64,000 nt of DNA from Solirubrobacteraceae bacterium. Lineage in GTDB: Bacteria > Actinomycetota > Thermoleophilia > Solirubrobacterales > Solirubrobacteraceae. Positions 58,216 through 64,000 of this stretch are shown here, in pieces. The notes under the pieces were generated by a model. It did no database searches, was not told where the DNA came from, and was given only the letters and a program-made list of their open reading frames with translations. Each line of letters begins with the position of its first letter. The stretch's first letter is position 1. Made by a program: the position numbers and the translations under genes. The DNA lies in NCBI GenBank assembly GCA_036502145.1, contig DASXZB010000013.1, positions 46,869-110,868 of the forward strand, in the 5' to 3' direction.

Positions 58216-59660
58216 GGCTGTCCTCCTGACCCCACGCCGGCCTGTTCGGAGCTGGCCAGGTAGTCGATCGGATTCTCGACGTGGCGCTCCAGCAGGCGCT
58301 CGATCCGCGACAGCGCGCGCTCCTCGGAGACACCCGGGATGTAGTCGGTCCCGGCCAGCGGGACCCGGGCCATCGCCGAGGCCTCGACGGTCAGAGCGCA
58401 CAGGTCCTCGGGCTCCAGGCTGTGAACGTCGGTCTTGCCGCAGGCCCGGGCCAGCATCTGGCACTCCAGCGTCAGGGTGTGCAGGAAGTTGTAGACGCGG
58501 TTGGCGGCCTCGTCGACGACCAGGCGCTTGCGCAGCTCGGGGTCCTGGGTGGTGATCCCGACCGGGCAGCGGCCGGTGTGGCAGTGGTAGCACCGCCCGG
58601 CCGGAACGCCGATCGTCCCCTCGTAGTCGGTGACGCCCGGGATCTCCTTGTTGCAGTTGAGCGCCATCAGCGCCGAGTGGCCCAGGGCGATGGCGTTGGC
58701 GCCAAGCGCCAGGCACTTGGCGACGTCGCCGCCGTTGCGGATGCCCCCGGCCACGACCAGGTCGATCTCGTCGACCAGGCCGACGTCCTCGAGCGCCCGG
58801 CGCGCCTCCGGGATCGCCGACATCAGCGGGATCCCGGTCTCCTCGGACGCCGTGTGAGGACCGGCTCCGGTGCCGCCCTCGGCGCCGTCGAGGTAGATGA
58901 TGTCCGGGCCGCACTTGGCCGCCATCCGCACGTCGTCGTAGACCCGGGCGGCGCCCAGCTTGAGCTGGATCGGGATCTCGTAGTTGGTGGCCTCGCGGAC
59001 CTCCTGGATCTTCAGCGACAGGTCGTCCGGGCCCAGCCAGTCGGGATGGCGAGCCGGGGAGCGCTGATCGATCCCGGCCGGCAGCGAGCGCATCTCGGCC
59101 ACCTGCTCGGTGACCTTCTGGCCCATCAGGTGGCCGCCCAGCCCGACCTTGCACCCCTGCCCGATGAAGAATTCGACACCATCGGCGAGCATCAGGTGGT
59201 GGGGATTGAAGCCGTATCGGCTCTGGATGACCTGGTAGTACCACTTGGTCGACAGGTCGCGCTCGGGTGGGATCATCCCGCCCTCGCCGGAGCAGGTCGC
59301 GGTCCCGGCCATCGAGGCGCCCTTGGCCAGCGCCATCTTGGCCTCCAGCGACAGCGCCCCGAAGGACATGCCGGTGATGTAGATGGGGATGTCGAGCTCG
59401 ATCGGCTTGGAGGCGAAGCGGGCGCCGAGCACCGTCCTGGTCAGGCACTTCTCGCGATAGCCCTCGATCACGAACCGGGTGAGCGTGCCCGGCATGAACA
59501 TCAGCTCGTCCCAGTGCGGGATCTTCTTGAACATCGAGAAGCCGCGCATCCGGTAGCGACCGAGCTCGGACTTGACGTGGATGTCGTCGATGACCTCGGG
59601 CGTGAAGATGCTCGACTGTCCGAGCACGTTGCGGGCCGAGGGTGAGTTCTCGTCAGCCAT
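58212..59660 (-). CDS. mgsC: FMN-binding glutamate-synthase-like subunit; N-methylglutamate synthase C (GlxD)
   Basis: ITGMSFGALS, CSGEGGM, GQGCKVGLGGHL, RSPARHPDW, DGAEGGTGA, CYHCHTGRCPVGITTQDP. Confidence 0.85.
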   Translation of the reverse strand: MADENSPSARNVLGQSSIFTPEVIDDIHVKSELGRYRMRGFSMFKKIPHWDELMFMPGTLTRFVIEGYREKCLTRTVLGARFASKPIELDIPIYITGMSFGALSLEAKMALAKGASMAGTATCSGEGGMIPPERDLSTKWYYQVIQSRYGFNPHHLMLADGVEFFIGQGCKVGLGGHLMGQKVTEQVAEMRSLPAGIDQRSPARHPDWLGPDDLSLKIQEVREATNYEIPIQLKLGAARVYDDVRMAAKCGPDIIYLDGAEGGTGAGPHTASEETGIPLMSAIPEARRALEDVGLVDEIDLVVAGGIRNGGDVAKCLALGANAIALGHSALMALNCNKEIPGVTDYEGTIGVPAGRCYHCHTGRCPVGITTQDPELRKRLVVDEAANRVYNFLHTLTLECQMLARACGKTDVHSLEPEDLCALTVEASAMARVPLAGTDYIPGVSEERALSRIERLLERHVENPIDYLASSEQAGVGSGGQP

Positions 59661-59678
59661 GGGTGCCGTCACCTCCTG

Positions 59679-60494
59679 CTAAAGGACGAGCTTGCGCTCG
59701 GATGGCTCGAGCGAGTCGTAGTTGTAGAGCTTCTTGCCACACACGAACTTCTGAAACTGCGGCGGGGAGCCCAGCCCGTAGATCCTGAATTTCCTCTCGA
59801 TGAGCTCGGTGTCGGCGTCGGTCCATTCGCCCTCCACGCAATCGACGCCGAGCGATTTCACCTTCCCGCCGACGTACAGCACGCCGTCGTACATCGAGTC
59901 GCCGAGGCCGGGACCCACGTTGCCGCAGAGAATCTGGCGGCCCCGCTGCATCATGAAGCCGGTCATCGAGCCGGCGTCGCCCAGCGCGATGATCGTCCCG
60001 CCCTTCTGGTCGATCCCGGTCCGGGCACCGACCTGTCCCTTGACCACCAGGTCGCCGCCGCGGATCGCCGCTCCGGTCAGCGAACCCGCGTTGGATTCGA
60101 TCACCACCACCCCGGACATCATGTTCTCGCACGCCGACCAGCCGACGCGGCCGGCGATGTGGACCTCCGGGCCGTCAATCATCCCCAGCGCGAAGTACCC
60201 CAGGCTGCCGCCGAAGTTGATCTTGCAGCGGGTCAGCAGCCCGGCGCCCAGCGAGTGGCGCGCGCCCGGGTTGAGCACGGTGACCTCGCGCACCCCCTGC
60301 TCGTAGAGCAGCCACCGCAACTCGAGGTTGATCCGCCGCGTGGTCAGGTCGCGGGCATCCAGGGTGGCGCGGTCTCCGTCGATCTCCGAGACCTTGGGGA
60401 TCCGGGCGTCGAGCTCGACCAGCCCCCGCGGATCGAACTGGGGCTCAGATTCTGGCCCGGCCACCCCGGGCGCGGACGAGTTCACCGTGTCCAT
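59679..60494 (-). CDS. mgsB: GXGXG-domain protein; N-methylglutamate synthase B (GlxC)
   Basis: NPGARHSLG, ENMMSG, GARTGIDQKGG, GFMMQRG, LGDSMYDG. Confidence 0.85.
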   Translation of the reverse strand: MDTVNSSAPGVAGPESEPQFDPRGLVELDARIPKVSEIDGDRATLDARDLTTRRINLELRWLLYEQGVREVTVLNPGARHSLGAGLLTRCKINFGGSLGYFALGMIDGPEVHIAGRVGWSACENMMSGVVVIESNAGSLTGAAIRGGDLVVKGQVGARTGIDQKGGTIIALGDAGSMTGFMMQRGRQILCGNVGPGLGDSMYDGVLYVGGKVKSLGVDCVEGEWTDADTELIERKFRIYGLGSPPQFQKFVCGKKLYNYDSLEPSERKLVL

Positions 60495-61417
60495 ACCATC
60501 ACCGTCGATTCATAAGGATCGTAAGTTTCTATCTCTCTGTCGATCACGGCGCGGATCGCCATCTCCTCAGACGCCAGCGCCACCATGTCGTCGCCCTCGT
60601 AGAGGACCAGCGGCTTGGCCGCGAGCTCATCCTTGGCGACGCCGAGCGAGTCCTCGGAGACGCAGATGTAGGTGAACACGCCGTCGAGGTCCTCCAGGCT
60701 GTGGTGCATCGCGTCCTCGAGCGAGTCGCCGTTGGCCATCCGGTCGGCCAGGTAGACGGCGATGATCTCCGAGTCGCACATCGACGCGAACCGGTGCCCG
60801 TGGGACTCGAGCCGGCGCCGCCACTGGTGGTAGTTGGTGAGTTGGCCGTTGTGGACCACCGCCACGTCGGAGAACGGATAGGCCCAGTAGGGATGGGCGT
60901 TGGCGATGTCGACGTCTGACTCGGTGGCCATCCGCACGTGGCCGATGCCGTGCGATCCGAAGTAGTCCTCGAGCCGGTAGGCGCCGGCGACGCTGCGGGC
61001 GTCGCCGAGGTCCTTGACGATCTCCAGCGAGTGCCCCAGCGATAGCACCTCGGCGTGCGGGACCGACTCGACGTAGTCGGCCAGCCGCTTGAGCTCGCCG
61101 TGGTAGTCCAGGTTCGCGCTGAACGTGTACTCGTTCACGTCCTCGGTGGACTTGAGCTGGGCCCCGGCGCCCTTCAGCCGCGCCTCCACCTCGCGCCGGC
61201 GGCGCTTGATTGCATCGGCGAACTCCAGATCGCGCGGCGCCGTGGAGTCGGCGAGCTTGATCCGGACCGTCAGCTCGTGGCTCGGCGCGTGGTAGAGCGC
61301 GTACCCGGTCGAGTCCGGCCCGCGGTGCTTCATCGACTGCAGCATGCTCGTCATGTCGCGGCCGATGCGGTGCGCACCGTTGCCGTTCTTGTAGATGATT
61401 CCAGCGATTCCGCACAT
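60482..61417 (-). CDS. mgsA: Class II glutamine amidotransferase; N-methylglutamate synthase A (GlxB)
   Basis: N-terminal MCGIAG, HRGPDSTG, IGHVRMATES, HNGQLTN, DSE. Start at ATG 61417. Confidence 0.85.
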   Translation of the reverse strand: MCGIAGIIYKNGNGAHRIGRDMTSMLQSMKHRGPDSTGYALYHAPSHELTVRIKLADSTAPRDLEFADAIKRRRREVEARLKGAGAQLKSTEDVNEYTFSANLDYHGELKRLADYVESVPHAEVLSLGHSLEIVKDLGDARSVAGAYRLEDYFGSHGIGHVRMATESDVDIANAHPYWAYPFSDVAVVHNGQLTNYHQWRRRLESHGHRFASMCDSEIIAVYLADRMANGDSLEDAMHHSLEDLDGVFTYICVSEDSLGVAKDELAAKPLVLYEGDDMVALASEEMAIRAVIDREIETYDPYESTVMVWTR

Positions 61418-61419
61418 GG

Positions 61420-62886
61420 CTAGGGCAGCACCTCCAGGTACTCGTCGCGCTCCCAGTCGGTGACCGCCGCCAGGTAGCGCTCCCATTCATCGCGCTTGTA
61501 ATGGTTGAAGACCTTGTAGAGGCGACCCGGCATCGCGCTGCGGATCACCTCGTCGGAGGCCAACGCGTCGAGCGCCGCCCCCAGGCTGTCGGGGACCTTC
61601 TCGATCTCCTGACCCTCCTGCAGCAGGTCGTAGGTGTTGCCCTGCTGGGGCGGCCCGGGATCCAGCTCCCGGCGGACGCCGTCGAGGCCGGCCCGCAGCA
61701 GCGTGGCCACGGTCAGATAGGGGTTGCACGAGGAGTCGACGCCGCGATACTCGAACCGCCCCCCCGAGGCCACGCGCACGGTGGTGGTCCGGTTCTGCCA
61801 GCCCCAGTTCTTGTAGATCGGGGCCCAGAAGCCGGTGTCCCACATGCGGCAATAGGAGTTCACGGTCGGGTTGCCGACGCACATCAGCGCCGGGAAGTGC
61901 TCGAGCATCCCGCCCAGGAAGTGGCGGGCGAACTCCGACAGCCGCGCCGGCCCGTCCGGGTCGTAGAACACGTTGTTGCCGTCGTCGTCGATCAGCGTGA
62001 AGTGGTGGTGGTGACCGTTGGCCGAAACCCCGGTGAAGGGCTTGGGCATGAAGCTGGGCAGCAGCCCGTGCTTACGCCCGACCGCCGCGCAGACCTGGCG
62101 ATAGGTGGTGATGTTGTCGGCGGTGCGCACCGGCCGATCGAAGCGGAAGTTGAGCTCCAGCTGACCCGGGGCGTCCTCGTGATCGCCGTAGCTCATGTCG
62201 AGGCCCAGTGCCTGGCCGTAGGCGACGACGTCGAGCAGCACCGGACGGAGCTCCTCGAACTGATGGATGTGGTAGCAGTACGGCTTGGTGACGCCTTCGG
62301 GCTCGTGGCCGGGCTCGGGGCGCTTGAGCCACATCATCTCGGGCTCGATCCCGATCAAGAACTGGTAGCCGAGCTCCTGCTCGAACTCGTGGGCCACGCG
62401 CTTGAGGTTCTGGCGCGGGTCGGCGTCCATCAGCTCGCCGGTCTCGGTGTCGTAGCAGTCGCAGTACACGCGCGCCACGCGGGAGTCCCAGGGCAGCACC
62501 GCGAACGTGTCGAGGTCGGCGACCGCCGCCAGCTCGGACTCCTCGGGACCGAAGCCGATGTAGTTGCCGGCCCGGTCGGTGAACAGGTTCGCCACCGCGC
62601 CGTAGACCAGCTGGTAGCCGCGCTCGGCGACCTGCGGAAAGAACGTGGACACCACGCCCTTGCCCATCACCCGGCCGGTGACCGAGACCTGCTGGAAGAA
62701 GACGTACTTGATCTGCTCGGCCTCGATCCGCTGGGTCAGGGCCTCGATCTTCTCGCGGCGGCCCGGCGCGCTGCGCGCCTCCTCGAGCGTCGCCGGGGCG
62801 GGCTCGATCCGCGGCGAGGCGAGCACCGTGTCCACCGTTCCGCCGAACTGCGGTCCCCCCGCGCTGCCTTCCACTGCTGTCGCCAT
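61420..62886 (-). CDS. gmaS: Glutamine synthetase-like gamma-glutamylmethylamide synthetase
   Basis: GIEPE, DHEDAPGQLE, FMPKPFTGVSANGHH, NPTVNSY, EYRGVDSSCNPY; operonic with mgsABC. GAGAGGAG SD before ATG 62886. Confidence 0.8.
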   Translation of the reverse strand: MATAVEGSAGGPQFGGTVDTVLASPRIEPAPATLEEARSAPGRREKIEALTQRIEAEQIKYVFFQQVSVTGRVMGKGVVSTFFPQVAERGYQLVYGAVANLFTDRAGNYIGFGPEESELAAVADLDTFAVLPWDSRVARVYCDCYDTETGELMDADPRQNLKRVAHEFEQELGYQFLIGIEPEMMWLKRPEPGHEPEGVTKPYCYHIHQFEELRPVLLDVVAYGQALGLDMSYGDHEDAPGQLELNFRFDRPVRTADNITTYRQVCAAVGRKHGLLPSFMPKPFTGVSANGHHHHFTLIDDDGNNVFYDPDGPARLSEFARHFLGGMLEHFPALMCVGNPTVNSYCRMWDTGFWAPIYKNWGWQNRTTTVRVASGGRFEYRGVDSSCNPYLTVATLLRAGLDGVRRELDPGPPQQGNTYDLLQEGQEIEKVPDSLGAALDALASDEVIRSAMPGRLYKVFNHYKRDEWERYLAAVTDWERDEYLEVLP

Positions 62887-62951
62887 CTCCACTCCTCTCG
62901 TTGCTGCCGCTACGCCGCGAGCAGCGATGGTCGTACGCGCACGCCCCGGAC

Positions 62952-63002
62952 TGAACAAATTGGTACAGGTCGCGTTATACCAAGCCCCCGACACCACCGC
63001 AA
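62952..63002 (-). promoter_or_regulatory. gmaS promoter plus operator
   Basis: Minus strand TTGCGG-N17-TATAAC with a TGn extension; TGAAC-AAATTG-GTACA at 62952-62967 just downstream of the -10. Confidence 0.68.
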
Positions 63003-63134
63003 GCCAAGCGCTTGACGGGAACCGGTTGGGTCCGATACGCTGTTGCGTCCTTCCCAACTCTATTGCGTAATTGGCAACGCTAGGCTATCGGCGAGCGCCA
63101 CGCCGAGCCATCCCTTCTCCCCCCAGGAGCCCCC

Positions 63135-64000
63135 ATGCCCGACCGCCTCCCCTCCTCCGTCCCCACGCTGGTCATCGGCGCCGGGGTCCACGGCCTGTCC
63201 ACCGCCTGGCATCTGGCCCGACAGGGGCAGCGGGTACTGGTCGTCGACAAGACCGCCGTCGCGGCCGGGGCCTCGGGGATCGCCTGCGGGGTGATCCGCA
63301 ACAACTACTTCCAGCCCGCGATGTCGGAGCTGATGGCGGCCTGCGTCGAGGTCTGGGAGTCCGATCCCGAGGCCTTTCACTACCACGGCAGCGGCTACCT
63401 GGCGCTCGGGCCGCCGGCCCAGGAATCGGACCTGGCCGAGGTCTACGAGCGCCAGCAGCGGATCGGCTACCCCTCCGAGCTGCACAGCGGCGAGGCTGAG
63501 GTGTCGCGGCACATGCGCTCCCTGTACGGGGACTGGCGGGCGCCCGGGCTGACCGTCTGCCTGCACGAGCACGCCGGCGGATTCGCCTTCAACCATGAGT
63601 CGATGAACGGCCTGGCCGACAAGGCCCGCGCCGCCGGCGCCGAGATCGTCACCGGGGTCCAGGTGACGGGCTTTCAGTTCGATGGCTCAGGGGCCGTGAA
63701 GTCGGTGGACACGGATGCCGGCACGATCGACGTCGACCAGGTGGTGGTCGCGGTCGGACCGTGGATCGCCTCGCTGTGGCGCGAGCTGGGCCTGCCGGAC
63801 CGGCTCGACGTCCGCCAGCCCGACAGCACGGTCGTCGCCGACCAGCCGATGTGGACCTACTGGTACCTGCAGGAGGGCGAGGTCGAGTTCGATCCCCGGA
63901 CCTTCGTCACCGACGCCGGCGCCCCGTCGCCGGTGCTGCACGTCGACTCAGACCAGCCGCTGCGCGCCGACGACGGCGAGCTGATCACCGAGCAGCCCTG
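63135..64000 (+). CDS. mgdA: FAD-dependent oxidoreductase, N-methylglutamate dehydrogenase A / sarcosine oxidase beta-like, truncated by the window edge
   Basis: Not in the ORF track. CAGGAG SD, ATG 63135: MPDRLPSSVPTLVIGAGVHGLSTAWHLA..GASGIACGVIRNNYFQPAM, VAVGPW; divergent from gmaS. Confidence 0.8.
   Translation, partial: MPDRLPSSVPTLVIGAGVHGLSTAWHLARQGQRVLVVDKTAVAAGASGIACGVIRNNYFQPAMSELMAACVEVWESDPEAFHYHGSGYLALGPPAQESDLAEVYERQQRIGYPSELHSGEAEVSRHMRSLYGDWRAPGLTVCLHEHAGGFAFNHESMNGLADKARAAGAEIVTGVQVTGFQFDGSGAVKSVDTDAGTIDVDQVVVAVGPWIASLWRELGLPDRLDVRQPDSTVVADQPMWTYWYLQEGEVEFDPRTFVTDAGAPSPVLHVDSDQPLRADDGELITEQP

Noticed and set aside
57769-59448. 559-aa ORF overlapping mgsC, suggesting a frameshift fusion
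   Set aside because: Only the last 148 codons look protein-like, and they have their own SD and ATG at 58215. The rest is an alternate frame of mgsC.
58212-62886. Ordinary GS/GOGAT (glnA, gltB) annotation
   Set aside because: The split three-gene glutamate-synthase-like arrangement beside a GS-like gene and a divergent mgdA-like gene fits the N-methylglutamate pathway better.

Overview
High-GC, densely coding bacterial DNA. Gene content and promoter style suggest Actinomycetota, plausibly Thermoleophilia/Solirubrobacterales (inference). Four blocks: (1) 1-17 kb: a CutRS-like two-component pair, a possibly acquired segment (small secreted Cys protein, hydrolase-cyclase-LuxR fusion, OsmC, flavin monooxygenase plus reductase), acyl-CoA dehydrogenases, two PLP decarboxylases and a catalase-like peroxidase. 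(2) 17-40 kb: quaternary/methylated-amine catabolism (choline sulfatase, GDPD, GntR, peptide-type ABC transporter, carnitine dehydrogenase plus cleavage enzyme, GcvT-like protein, trimethylamine dehydrogenase with ETF and a membrane Fe-S oxidoreductase, APC permease). (3) 40.2-57.2 kb: a tightly coupled ~17 kb minus-strand operon made of a signal-less CspA-like S8 protease with unusual inserts, a DUF6603-like beta-rich protein and three large proteins of unknown function (1100, 1878, 627 aa). It interrupts the methylamine cluster and is the best candidate for an undescribed system. (4) 57.4-64 kb: the N-methylglutamate pathway (gmaS, mgsABC, partial mgdA). A shared 16-bp palindrome (TGWAC-N6-GTWYA) sits in promoters on both sides of the 17 kb operon. 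No rRNA, tRNA, CRISPR, integrase or transposase was seen. All family assignments come from motif recognition by eye, not database searches.
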